A DNA stretch of 64,000 nucleotides from Kudoa neothunni (lineage: Eukaryota > Animalia > Cnidaria), in contig OZ199840.1 in the NCBI GenBank assembly GCA_964304625.1, positions 9,346,882 to 9,410,881 on the forward strand. Reading direction: 5' to 3'. The position numbers and the translations under genes were made by a program. Every line of letters begins with the position of its first letter. Positions within the stretch are counted from its first letter, which is position 1. Below the pieces are notes generated by a model. The model did no database searches, had not been told where the DNA came from, and was given only the letters and a program-made list of their open reading frames with translations. Positions 23,801-36,912 of this stretch are shown one piece after another.

Positions 23801-26530
23801 TTAAAGTTATTTGCAACAAAAAGTCCAAACTGGGATTTGAATCTGTGTTATCAACACCAAAAAGTGATGATGCCCTTGCTCATGATCGCGCATAGGTAAT
23901 TGATGGATTACAACCCTATAATCCACATGTTATACTGCTCGTTGTTGAAAACGGTAATTTAGGATTTCACCTTAAGTACAGACGTTTTTTGATTATGGGT
24001 GTGACGAAAACGAAACACGGGTCTCACCCAATAAATTAATATGAGATTAACCATTCATTTAAGCTCCAATTGGATTTATAATTTTAATTGATTTATTCCT
24101 TGATTTAATTTTATACTTTTTATTTTTAGTTTTTATTTCTTATAACAATTAAACTCCTTATGGCAGAATTTTTATTATTTTTTAATAAAATAAAATTTGT
24201 TATTATAAAATGATTAAGTCATCTAATTATGCTGTACTTATTCATTAATTTTAGATAAAAAGTAATATTTTGTTTATTTAAATAAAAAACAAGATATCCA
24301 CCCATATACTCAATACTACAGTCTCATTTATTCTATTGCTATTGAGGATTATTTGGTATGAAATAGCATAAATACTTTAAACAAAAAAACCAAAGTAGCG
24401 ATTGCCTCAATATTTATAACAACGACAATAATTCTGAATTAAAGTCATAGGTAATTTTGGAATGATAAATGATTTTAATTTCGCCGCCAGTATATTTGTA
24501 TTTAAATTATTTATACAATTTTTATATTCCAGTAATTTATTCTAAAAAATTCAATTTTTGCATTGATGAAATAAAAGTAGTTTAAATAGATTTGAAATAG
24601 TCTCAAGATTATTTTATTCGGTTAACTTCAAAAAAATATATTATCATGCGAAAAACCGATAAATTGAAGAGTGGCGTCTCTGTGAGTTATTGTTAGATTG
24701 TTGATGAAACCTCAATGTCCACAATGATATAACATTTTACATATTTCATAGGGATTCAAACCATAAGGATTTTCATTCCTGATTATATGCAGCACGAACA
24801 GTCCAAGAATAGTCAACAGGTACTTACACTAAATATTGTGATCAGTTAACAAGTCATTAAGTTGACATGGCACAATTTTTTTCGGAAAATCATCTCTTCC
24901 GGAACAAACTAGTTCCTGATAGTGGTCGTCACGGAATATTATTTGAAGGCGGGTTACTTCATGATTAATCGCATCATTCATTGACTTTAAAATTTAACAA
25001 TACAGCAACATGAATAATATTTTTCCGGGTTTATTAACCTTGCAGAAAGCACATTCGAGATCGTTCCCAAGTGATATAGCTAAATATTACAAATTTATTT
25101 TAGCTAGTTAATCATAGTCGAAAATACAACCGGAACCACCTGAAGTATGTGTCATTGTCGAGATCAACCTTGAACTTAAACTGTGATTAAACTTTTGATG
25201 TATAGATTTTGTCAATGAGCACTATCAAAGAGAGTTTCACTACAACATCAGTGTATCACATAATCACACCATTTGGGAGTCAATTGTGCACAACCAACCC
25301 ATGACTTCCGAAAAACCATTGGACGCATCAAAAACGAATGTTCTTCTCAGGATTTCTTTTCGTGTATTTTTATTATACTAAACCCAACGAGAATCTAACA
25401 TTGACGTGGTTCACAACGTAAGCTACGTTTATCACTAATGCATCAAAGTAACTTAAGCTTGTTCCACTCACAGCATAAACCAGCGTAATAAAGTAAAATA
25501 ATTCGAATATCATCTTAATTATTGGTTCATCTAACCCTTATCATAGAAAAAAATTGTATTGTTAATTTTTTTATTGCTGACTTGCATAAGTGTAAAATAT
25601 TAATAGTTGAAATTATCGATAACATATTTTGAAATTAGCTCTTAAAGAATCACTTATGATAAAATATTTTTTATATCAAAAATATTCATCTGATTTGATT
25701 TATCAACTTTTTTAAGGAAAATGTAGAGCAATTATCAAATTCGATTTAAAAAATTATAAGCTAGCTAATATTCAAATTTCACAAACCGCGTAATAAACTA
25801 GAGTAGAAATGGTATAATAATTTCAAACCGACTTTATTTAGACAGCAGCTATTCCATAGTAAACTTTAATCCTACATTTCATTCACCCTTGCGCAATGAC
25901 AATTTTTGATCACAGCAACTCTTACTCAGAAACCGTCTAAAGATTTCATTTTTTTAAATCTACGATATTTAATTATTTCTGACCTGCCGCTTCGCTCTTG
26001 GGAGTTAGAATAATCAAATATAGTCAAAACTAGTGATATATGAATAATATTTACTATACAAATAGCCATTTTCTTTGATTCTGTCTACTTATTCGGTTCA
26101 ATATATTAAACTGGCGATATGAATTGAATCGTGAATATTCTAAAATGTCATTCATTTCATATTTGGATAATTGTCTTCAAAAGGGTGATATTGTCATTCT
26201 ATTTAATGAATTGCATAAAATTATACCTAAAGATGAAAATACATTGAGCCGAATAATATTCTTACATTTTAATCAACTAATTCTCAATATAATCGTCTCT
26301 GTGTGGAGAACACCTAATGGGATTGAATGTTGTATTCAACCAGGTGGTCTTGTATAATTTCTTGGGTGGGTTTTGTTGTTTGTTCATGATTAAATGTAAA
26401 AACTTTACCTCACGTACGATCATAGAACACATTGGAACATACGGAGTTTTTTTAGGTAACGGAATATATTCGATTCGAAAAATTTTTTTGCACGCAAACA
26501 TGCTAAAAAGGAAATTATGACGATTGTAAA

Positions 26531-26561
26531 TCATCATCAGCGTCATCATCATCATCATCAT
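26531..26561. repeat. (CAT)n microsatellite
   Basis: tcatcatcagcgtcatcatcatcatcatcat. Confidence 0.8.
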
Positions 26562-27737
26562 CTATTGCTATTGACGAATAAATATTTTCAAAGTAAATCA
26601 ATAATTTATAAATTGAGTTTAAGTAAATTTATTCAGAGAAGGTGTGGTGCAACCTGGAAAATCAACTAGATTTATAGCAAATTTGGCGAACAGGTCTACA
26701 TACAATTAAACCCAAACAACATTGATATTCATGTTGCTTCTCGAATGAATAGATTCTAATGACAAATCCACCATATCTCTTCATACATATCACACAATTC
26801 ACTTTCATTGAATGAATAACGGGTTCAATGCACACTCCAATGGGGGAAATAATACTATCTGGTGAGGTCTTATTGTTTATTTCTCCACCACCATCAATCA
26901 GCACTCAGAATCTAATTCTAGTTGGGTCAAATAATTCGTTTCAACACATAAAACAATAGTGACTACAATCAATTCATTATTCTATACTATACAACACATA
27001 TTAATAATCAATAAAAATCCCTGATAACTCTATTTATCGATATGAATAGTAAGCTGTGACGCGGACGATTCACGAACAACTTCTTTTCCGGCTATATTAT
27101 AGGGGCCTGAAGTGACGTAGCATCCGATTAATAACACATACCTAGAGAACAGAGCAGTAGCGGGCTTCAATCTTGGAGAAAAAGGAGTTGGATGGCCCAT
27201 AAAGTTATTATTAGACCATCTTGAAAATCCCCAAGTAACTTTATTAGACGCGAATACAATTTTTAAGGTGAATCATTGGAGCAGAAACAATTTTAATGAA
27301 TACAATCAAAAAATTTAGAGTAGCACTAATTTTTTTTTCAATTAATAACAAGTCTTACACCACAAAATTTAAATAGCAAGAGTGCATGGCGAAATGTATT
27401 CGGTTAAGAATTTGCCCATATGACCACTCCTTTTCCGTTCAGATAGAAAAAACAAGAGTGCATGTAAATTCAAAAAAAAATAATTTTTTCGTCTTTTTAT
27501 GAGTTTCGAATAAGAGAGTTAAAATGAGTGATATGTTTGTAGTGAAACTATAACACATAATATAGAACTTTACATAGAGGTTATTTTTGGTCGATCGGTA
27601 CGTAAATACAAACTAATAAATCCCGGACCAAATGTGTGACTTTCCAATAAACTATATTGGTTTAATGTTCCTTGTGAGGATTTCCTTGGCGAGAGTTGTT
27701 TTGATTGGAACCTTGGGGCATATTGTCGCTGTTTGAG

Positions 27738-29557
27738 TTATTCTCGAGCTGGTATTGATGAAGGATATTCGACGTTTGTTGCAGATTGTAATAAGGGTTT
27801 GGCGGGAGCAATGTGGAGCTCATTTGTTGTTGCATTGGATTGCTATTGGTATTGGTTGAAGAGCCGCTGGCGCCACCGCCACTTGTGTTGTTGGTGCTGG
27901 CAAAAAGACCGCCACTAGCACAAAAATTTCCCAGCTAGACAAAAATTAATACTCATAACGTAGCAGGGATTATTAGATGTTTACATTGGCCAAATTTTGT
28001 GCCTGATTCAGTGAAAGAGTGGCCGATGAGGCACCCCCACTACTTGTTGAGGGATTAGCCACTCCCAACGACTGATTGAGTTCATCCTGGGTCCCATATA
28101 TGTTTAATATGTTTCCAATTTTGGTAGAATCAAGGTTGCCTAAATAGTTGCGCAATTCCTATAGAAAAATTATTAATTTTGTCACAACATAAAAAAATAC
28201 CTCATTTGAGATACCAGTATTATTATCATTGTTCATTGTAGATGATGAGCCAAGGGATGAGAAAAAGCTGGTGCCGCTTGGAAAGAATTGAGATGAACCC
28301 AAATTTAGCTGATTGCTACTGCCTCCGGTTGTCATGGAAGGATCAATATAAGTTGTCATAGAGGAAGATCCACTATTATTCACATTACTGCTTCCTCCGG
28401 AAGGATGACTGCTAGGGAGAGTTTGCATTTGGGTGGAGCTTTGGGACCCTATCAATTTACTCCCGGGATAATTAATAAGGGAGGGATTTTGATAGTTGAG
28501 AGGTGGCATTCCAATAGGGTTCGAAGGATTGGTGGTGGAGCCAATATTTTTTAGTATGTTGGTGTTGGAGTATGGTACGTAGGAGGGGTTCATGGAGCTA
28601 GAACCGGAAGTCATTTGGCCAGTGTGGCTGAAACTGGGGTTGATAAAACGATGTTGACCACCGGTGCTTGTTGTTGTGTAGAAAGTAGACAAGTTTGTAT
28701 TATACAATGGATTTTGAAGTGAATATCCTTTAGATATGCCGAATACTTGTGTGTCCATGGTTGGACTATCAAAATCATTCATGGATTTGCTGTCACCCTT
28801 ACGTCTTCTTTTTCTTGGCTTGTAGGTGTAGTCAGGGTGAAGAAGGTTGTGATTTTCACGCAATTTGGTGGACAACTAAATTCACACACACGCACACACA
28901 CATATATTATCGATAATAGGAGTAATAATCAAATACAGCAACATATGGTTCCTTCTCGGCAGATGACATTCGTCCCCATTCTCTTCCCAACAATTTGCTG
29001 ATCTCACAATTCAACAGATTTGGATAGGCCATAGCTATTCGCCTTCTAGCTTGTTTGGACCACACCATAAAAGCGTTCATTGGTCGTCTCACATATCCCC
29101 GGTTATCCTCTTGTGAGGTGAGTTCAGCATAAATAGCTTCCTCATTGAAATTTGCTCCAATTGACGAGATTGCCGCCTGGACCGACTCTACCGATGGTAG
29201 CGATGAGATATTTGATGAGGGATTATAGTTTGGACTTAGAGAAGTAGGCTTTATTATTTCATAGTTATTGCTGACAGAATTATCATTATATTTATTTACA
29301 GTTGTGGCGGTATTTGAAGTGGATTGAGTTGGAAGGTTATTATATCGATTCAACGAATAGTTGATATTGTTGTTGTTGTTGTTTTGCTGATTGTTCCCAC
29401 CTGTGGATGAGGGGTTATTGGAAGAAGTGCTGGTGTTGGTGGGTGCATTATTTGAGCCGGGAACATTATTATTGTTGATATTGCTGTTACGAGAAGCTTG
29501 ATCTGAAGTCTTATTAGAAGACGTAAGTGAACTTGTGCTTTTGGAATTATTGTCCAT
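27738..29557 (-). CDS. Sox-family HMG-box transcription factor, 4 exons (29557-28935, 28875-28201, 28158-27985, 27934-27738)
   Basis: HMG box VRRPMNAFMVWSKQARRRIAMAYPNLLNCEISKLLGREWGRMSSAEKEPYVA|LSTKLRENHNLLHPDYTYKPRKRRRK, with N/S-rich flanks. The frame is continuous across GT-AG introns. Sox subgroup not assignable by eye. Confidence 0.9.
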
Positions 29558-32166
29558 TTTCTGTTTTCAAAACTACAGAAATCGTTGATTAAAACAGTGC
29601 ACATTGGATCAATATAAATTGATTGGTGATGCTATATTAGAGTCCTTATTTTGATTATTAACAAAATACAATGCTATTGATTAGGCAAAACTACAAGTCA
29701 CCCCTTTAAATTATTCTATAAATAGAATTCAATATATTCAGAACGATACAGAGATATTATGATGTTCGGATGAATAGACGATCAAAGAGAATAAGCCATT
29801 TGTTAATGTGTTTAAGTGAAATTAGGATTGTAAATATTAAATGAACAGAATCAATGAATTAAACCAAAAATATCCCATATTATTATATTATTAGGTTTAA
29901 GTCAAATCGACGATAGGACCAACTCCCAAAATATGAGTTAATGCCACATATGTTTCTCATTCGGATAAAATGTATCTTACATTCACTACAATTTCTTTTC
30001 TGAACTACGGTAGAGTGGGTGGTCAAAATTATCACCACTCACGGAAACCTTACACTATCTCGCTATCGAAAGCAAAAATAGGTAGAGACTCGAAAAAACT
30101 TAGGTAGCTGAATAAGATAACAATTGATTTAACAAGACCCGACCAGAGGTGTAACCGAATAATCACTCGATTGTTTCAAAACAAAAATCTACCAACTTAA
30201 CAAATGGGTTTTTATGGTACAATCAATTCAAACTAATAGATCAATCGATTGCGACAAAACACCATCAACAACGCGTCCAATTTATCGACTTGGTCGCCAA
30301 CATTTAGATTAAATGGAAACTAGCTAATTAGTATTATCCGTAGAAAGTCTCCCTCACAACTAGTAAGTGTTTGTTATCCCATAGCATCACCATTTAAACA
30401 ATAAAATAACCGTTTACAAATCAATATAACGAAAATTACCTATTTAGGAAAGTGCCACTCGTCCCTCTTATTCAGAATTTTATTGAGCTATTTGTTTCTG
30501 TCGCTTCTCGTATTCAAAGAACTTTGACGCCTATGAATTGTTTATTCATGAACTGAATTGATTTGTTCTATACCTTCTTACACCGAACACAATACACTGA
30601 AATGAAGCTGTGAATTTCTTTCAATGCAACCAATTAAAAAATTAATTTTTTCATACCTACTTTGGTGTCTACAGCAAATAGCAACTGGTGTTAGAAATGT
30701 GAATTTGATTTAGATTAAAATCTCATAAAACGATTTGCCGCCCATATTTTAGCTGTCAATCCGAAGATATGTTTGGTGGGAGTTTTTTTACCGAAAACAC
30801 TTTCAAAAATTAACCCTCAACTGACTCAACAGCCATTCCAAATACGCCATGTTGTGTCTAATAGTTGTGGGATTATCGACTATTGTAGCAACATTCACAT
30901 CGCTAATACCAGATTATACCAAATGAATTAACGTATCACCCTACCACTTTAAATTATTATCTGATTCACTATTTCTAACCGATAACGGTCGGAAAAAATA
31001 TAAAAAATAGGATTTGATGTTAATTGGCACGATTTCGAATTAATTCATCGCAGAAATAAATCAATCTCTTCAATCCTAATAATGTTATGAATAGAAAAAC
31101 AGATTAAAATTAAAGTTGGAATTTTGGAATTAATCTCTCATGTAGCTGACCATCTAACAACCATTTCTCCAACGATGTATATTACATGTGTAAAATGTGT
31201 GCTAATATTGATAAAATAATTCTTTTACACCTTTCAGTTTAATTGCATATTCATACATGAAGTTTTTTTAACTTAGCGCTGCGATAAAGGGTAAGCATGT
31301 ACCGCGGAAAGCGCTACCCTAATCCCGCATATCAACCAAGGTAGTAGTTTTAAGCCGGCACATACACTCAAAGCTTAAGAAGATTTTAGCCGGCTTACTT
31401 TGTCATAAGTTAATCAAATAATAACTTATATTTATAAAAATTACTTTTCGTCTCTTGGCCATAGATTGTCATTAGTTTGCTGCTGCATTATTTTCTCTCT
31501 ATCTTCCACATGAAATTCTACTGTGTGTACTGTGCATTCTTTTTCTATACGAATTGTCTAATTTCAGCCAAACAATTAATACCAACTAAATGAATATACT
31601 ATTGAATGATTAAGGCTTAAATTGTACTGTCTACCTATGGAGAATAGATGCTCTTTTTCTAACTTCCGATTTAAATGAATAAATAGAGTTATTCAAATAT
31701 CAGTAAAAGCTGATTATTAACTCAACCATAGAAGCAGATGAATGATATTTAGTTCTATCAATTCGTTAACCTACTACAATATTTTGGTTCCACTATTGTA
31801 TTATTTGTTGGTATAAATTTAGACCAGCATTCGAACAATAGCGATCAAATATCAAATAGGTTAAACAATTTATCATCTTAATCGCCATAAAAAATCGCAT
31901 TCTTTAAGAAAAATATATAGACAAACAATCTATTCATATAAACAAACGCAAATTCAAATTTTTCATTTATTTCCGCCAGGCATTTGAGCTAAAACTTATT
32001 CTTTATATATTCGTATATATATATATATATATGTGTGTATTATATATGTATATAAGGAGGAAAAACAGGATAAGGTTAATTGAAACAGTGGACTATGGAG
32101 ATTTGTTTTTGATTGATAATCTTCTAAAAATTAACAGTTAAATGTACATAATTATCATGAAATAGT

Positions 32167-33465
32167 TCAATTGGTTGGGATGAGGAATTTGACTCGAGCT
32201 GCGTCTGCAAGCAGAGCTTTAATTTCCAACTCGGAGTAGATAAGTTTCTGACATAGATCTTCGATACGAGTTTCCAATCCAGATTTGAGTTCATATCCAT
32301 AATAATAAACAGTACCATATGCAAATTTTGCCGTTCTTTTGGCAATACAAGTGTCGAACATATTTTTTCTATAAGCCTTCAATTTGTTGGCTTCTTCGAC
32401 AATCTTTGGGTTTATTAGAAGAGTTTTTTTGAACTTTTTACGAAAATAATCATACACATAACGGTCAGCATAATTCAATTCGTTGATTTTGTCCTTAATT
32501 TTGTCGGTTAACGTTTCTTTTTTTGTGCCGTAACTTTCGTTCATATTAAAAGTTAAAATATCAGTGTAGGTTAGATTCAACCGATCCTTCAGAATGATTA
32601 AACTCTCATCAAAATACTCCATTATCATAACCAAATCAAAATCATTCTCCACCTGCTTGATTATATTGTCCAAATTTGAACGGTGCATGTCCTCTTTGTT
32701 GTAACCCAAATCAAATAGTATCCCATTGACTAAGAGTTGCATGAGAGGCATTTTGTTGGTCCATTTCAATAACCTTTTGTCAAATTTTTTATCAAAAAAT
32801 GTCTTTATAGGAGTTGGGCTGGTGCTCACACCAAACAAACTCCCAAGTCGAAAATATTCAAACGTTGATCTCCAACCAGTTACAGGGTCCCTCATTATAG
32901 TAAAATAGAACGTGGATTTCCTAGGGAAAACCCTTTCACAATTCGATCGGTCAAATCTCACATGCTCCATGTATATATCAAAAATTCCACTGATATCGCC
33001 CGTATTTTTTGGTATATAGTAATAGTTTGAGTTAAATCTCACAGGCCATACATGTATAATTCCCTTTCCATTCGTCTGCAGCAGCAATGGAGTCAGACCA
33101 TTATTTAGAGTGAGTCTGGCCAATATATTGTAAACTGTGGAGGAGCCGGTTTTGTGTGTTTTTAGAAAGAAAATTTTTTTGCTGAGTTCTTTTCTCCACC
33201 CCAACGATACAACCATGTTGTGAGGTAATGTGGGGAGCTTTGTTCTAGAAAATCTCACCTCCATCATATTCACTTGGCTATTATCATCCGTTGAAATCGA
33301 TATGTGGATTAGAATCATCATCGCACATATCAAACTGATAAATATCAGCAGTCTGTTTGCTGGACTCGGTTTTTGCATTTGTTCAGCGTGCAACTTATAA
33401 CTCCCTACACATATATCGCTGACAATGAAAGCAAACAACACACTTAAATGATTACATTCACACAA
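32167..33465 (-). CDS. Galactose-3-O-sulfotransferase family protein (type II membrane, single exon)
   Basis: TM anchor LLIFISLICAMMILIHISI, 5'-PSB motif FLKTHKTGSST, 3'-PB motif FTIMRDP, and FDLVMIMEYFDESLIILK plus NYADRYVYDYF. The true start may be the downstream MQKPSP. Confidence 0.92.
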   Translation of the reverse strand: MCECNHLSVLFAFIVSDICVGSYKLHAEQMQKPSPANRLLIFISLICAMMILIHISISTDDNSQVNMMEVRFSRTKLPTLPHNMVVSLGWRKELSKKIFFLKTHKTGSSTVYNILARLTLNNGLTPLLLQTNGKGIIHVWPVRFNSNYYYIPKNTGDISGIFDIYMEHVRFDRSNCERVFPRKSTFYFTIMRDPVTGWRSTFEYFRLGSLFGVSTSPTPIKTFFDKKFDKRLLKWTNKMPLMQLLVNGILFDLGYNKEDMHRSNLDNIIKQVENDFDLVMIMEYFDESLIILKDRLNLTYTDILTFNMNESYGTKKETLTDKIKDKINELNYADRYVYDYFRKKFKKTLLINPKIVEEANKLKAYRKNMFDTCIAKRTAKFAYGTVYYYGYELKSGLETRIEDLCQKLIYSELEIKALLADAARVKFLIPTN

Positions 33466-33685
33466 TAGCTCATCACTGGTTGCTAATTGTGAGTTTTTGT
33501 CCCTATATTTGTTACTCTGTTACCTAGCAATGAGTAATTTGAAATGAATCTTTCAGCAATATTATCTACTCAATCAACATAAGATCTTGTGAAAAAAATC
33601 GAAAAATGCTTAATACGATCCAATAACACGCAAAATCTATAACCTCTTGAGACTTGATTGATAATTCTTAATCCAATCTACCTCT

Positions 33686-33721
33686 CCTATGCTATGCTAT
33701 ACTATACTATACTATACTATA
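33686..33721. repeat. (CTATR)n pentanucleotide microsatellite
   Basis: ctatgctatgctatactatactatactatactata. Confidence 0.8.
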
Positions 33722-34462
33722 TAGTTCACTCTATACGAGTATAGATCTTACTTCTAATGAATCTCAATTTTTTTGAATAAAACTTTAAAATTACCAAATA
33801 AAAATTCTATTTTTTAATTTATAGACTATTTTCACAAAAAAACATTAATGTTTAATAAGTGATAAACTCCCAATCTCATAAATCATAAAGAACAATCCTC
33901 AATTTATTGTTGTGTAAAAATAACTAGACTGAGTTACTTTCGTTTAATATTGTAATTTATAATCCCTATGCTAAGTTTTATTTGTACTAATTATCATGAT
34001 AATTGTAAATTAGCACTAAACATTGCCAATAAAATGAATGGACAGTTAGATATTAAAAATTTGACCATATACTACTAAATTTTACGAATGTATGCATACA
34101 CAATAATGTTTACATACCAATACTCTCGTTAAATACGTTCCATATGTATTATAAGCATTAAAATAATCAGCATAAATTTAGGTATCTTATAGAAAAACAA
34201 CATTTTAGTTGGAGTTGATCACAATAAACGCCATGATAACAATTTATTCCATTTAATATTTAATTAACTCGTCTCAAAAAAATATATATACCAAAAAAAT
34301 ATTCATTTATTCTTTCGAAAGTTTCATGATGCCAAATTACGTTAAAATCGTGTTACACAGCGAATCTTCTATAATAAGAAGATACTATCTGCGCAGAAAT
34401 CGTGTTCTCAATACACCGTTAAAGAATAAATACAGTGGAAATAAATTTGAATAATAATAGTA

Positions 34463-35230
34463 AAGTCGAACTCCGTTTATCCGAAAATGTTGGGACCTGG
34501 CATTTGAAACGAGGATACTGAAATTTCGGTTAAACGAAGTTAAATGAATGCGCATGTGCAATGGCAACAAATTGTAGGTTGGTTGCATACTTTATTTTCC
34601 ATTATTTAATGTTTGTTTTATATTTTTAACAAATATTCTACTATATATATATATATATATATATAAAGTTATGCTAGTGAATACAATGTGAAAACATTAG
34701 TTCAAGTTACCGTAGTTCTAGATCCAGCGCAGTAGGCGCACGCATACTACAGATGTGTGCGACTTTAGCGCCATATTTGACTGATACATTCTAGATTTTA
34801 AAAATAGACTATTATTATTATTAATTTCTTATAATTTCTTCTCAATATGGATATTGTGGGCTGTACTAATAATGACGACAAGAATAATTAAAGTAACAAT
34901 GAGGAGTATTTTCCCAGAATTCTCCTTAACGTTATTTAGAATTTCCTTTTTAATTAAGATATGCCTTATTCCAACAATTTAATATTTATTAATGATTGCA
35001 CTCCGAACGTGAAACACTATATTATCCACGTTGCATTGTTTCTATTAATCAAGCATAAACTTAAGTTGTTGAACAAATAACGAACATATGAATCAAAAAG
35101 TTGTTTCGGATTGAGGTTGCTGAAATTTCGGTTTAACAAAATTTTTTATTTAAAATCTACATCAGTTTCAAATAAATTTTAAAAAATCGTTCGGATAGCG
35201 CGATTTTTGGATATACGGGGGGTTCGACTG
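34463..35230. mobile_element. pogo/Tc1-type MITE with TA TSD
   Basis: TA|AAGTCGAACTCCGTTTATCCGAAA ... TTTTGGATATACGGGGGGTTCGACTG|TA, with no ORF. Confidence 0.75.
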
Positions 35231-35692
35231 TATATTATTAAAAATTAATTATGTTGTTATAAAAATTGGAAAATAAATTAAATTGTTGTTGTTGGATGAT
35301 ACCGCCATAGGCGGCATCGTTCCTATGTTCGGAATAATTCGTACATTAATTAATCACATATATATTCACTTATACTGTATTCGGCCAATAATAAATTTAT
35401 CGTTGAGGCCCACATGGCATTCTTAAATTGTCAAAAAGTCCTCCGCTTAGTTAATTGATATAAAACATATGAATAACCATAAAAATTTGATGTTTCTTGT
35501 CAATCAAATCTTCGGAGATTATATTTAAGAACCTCTAATCTCTTTTATCATACATGACGCTAAAAGAATGACATAAATATCACTCACAAATACAAATTTC
35601 TCAGAAATTTTTTGTTACTTTCATGAAATTATAAGAGAATTTTTGTATAATACATAAATCATTGAATATAATTTTCACTCTCCTAACACCTG

Positions 35693-36400
35693 CATTGGCG
35701 GCTCGTGATCTAAATTAGTGGGGGTGCTGCAACGCAATAAAAATGTTTTGTAATCGTTCTTTAAATTGAATAAATTTCTGATGAGGAAACAACCAATTGC
35801 TTTTAAACCAATTATAATATCAAGAAGAGCACTAAAACGGAGATACAACAACATGGTTATTGCGCATTTTTAGAAATAGTGTCAACAATTCAAAATATAC
35901 AAATTAAATATACATACAAATATAATTATAAAATTGAGAAATAATTGTGTTAATAGAATCAAAAATATTTGCATACTTTATTCCCGGTGACTTAAGATTT
36001 TATCGCAAAACTCTTAGAAAAAAACTCAAACTACTCGATATAAGAGTGAAAGAATGGATCGAACTTTCGAGAACAAGAAATACAAAGCTGTCCAGTGAGT
36101 ACAATAAAATAGGAAAATAAATTAGCCAACGACATAACTGTCTGTCGAAGGCAGTTCCATGAGGTTGCTTCGAGAGTTGGTCTAAAAATGAACAAATTAA
36201 ATAGAAAATCCAAAAGAAATTAATCAATTATTCAAGGTCTATGACACCGAAATGTTGAGTCACATTTCAAAAGTTAAATTTAGCTCGTATTAAGAAAAAT
36301 TCGATGTTTAACATATTTTTTCGCACCTTTTAACATTCTATTAGAATTCTGCAAAAGAGTACAATTATATACGAAAAACATGCGACCTCAAGGAGGTATC
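35693..36400 (+). mobile_element. hAT-like relic (one terminus)
   Basis: hAT-style end CATTGGCGGCTCGTG...GGGGGTGC followed by stop-ridden transposase-like sequence (NRKIIS; IQKKLIN). Confidence 0.4.
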
Positions 36401-36651
36401 TATTCCGCTCAATTTAATATTTGCCTTCAATCAATAGTTTCATTTATTTAATTGAGACCATTTATTCAGAGTAATCTATATCATATTTCCGATTGAGATT
36501 TTTAACGTATAGACTTTAAAAATAAATAATTATTTCGATTTCGCTATTACGTAACGATTTTTTGATTTTAATCTTATATCCCTTTGTCGCCTTTCTAAAA
36601 TATACAAAGTAACAAAATCACAACAAAGTATTGATTCATAAAATTGAAATA

Positions 36652-36912
36652 CAGTCGAATCTCGTCAATCCAAAAATGTTGGGACGTGGCATTTCCCTTT
36701 TGGATACCGAAATTTAAGCTAAACGAATTCGGCATATGCACATGTGCGAAGGGAAAAATTGTAGGTTGGTTACACATTTTATGTTTTTAATTACTCTATG
36801 TTTATTTTATATTTTTAAAAACAATTCTACTATATATAAGTTTCAATAGCTGATACAATGTGAAAACGTTATTTTGAGATATAGCACTTCTAGATCCAAC
36901 GTAGTAGGCGCC
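36652..36912. mobile_element. Truncated second copy of the pogo-type MITE
   Basis: TA|CAGTCGAATCTCGTCAATCC, followed by ~260 bp colinear with 34463-34740. Confidence 0.7.

Noticed and set aside
23860-23935. Short inverted match to 44572-44647
   Set aside because: About 75 bp of a dispersed TE fragment with no termini. It is too far away and too degenerate to be a functional inverted repeat.
29660-30250. ACAAT/ATTG words upstream of Sox as autoregulatory sites
   Set aside because: Such words are expected by chance in DNA this AT-rich.
31314-31326. CTACCCTAATCCC as a telomerase RNA template
   Set aside because: It lacks a proper 1.5-repeat CTAACCCTAA template, and no pseudoknot could be supported.
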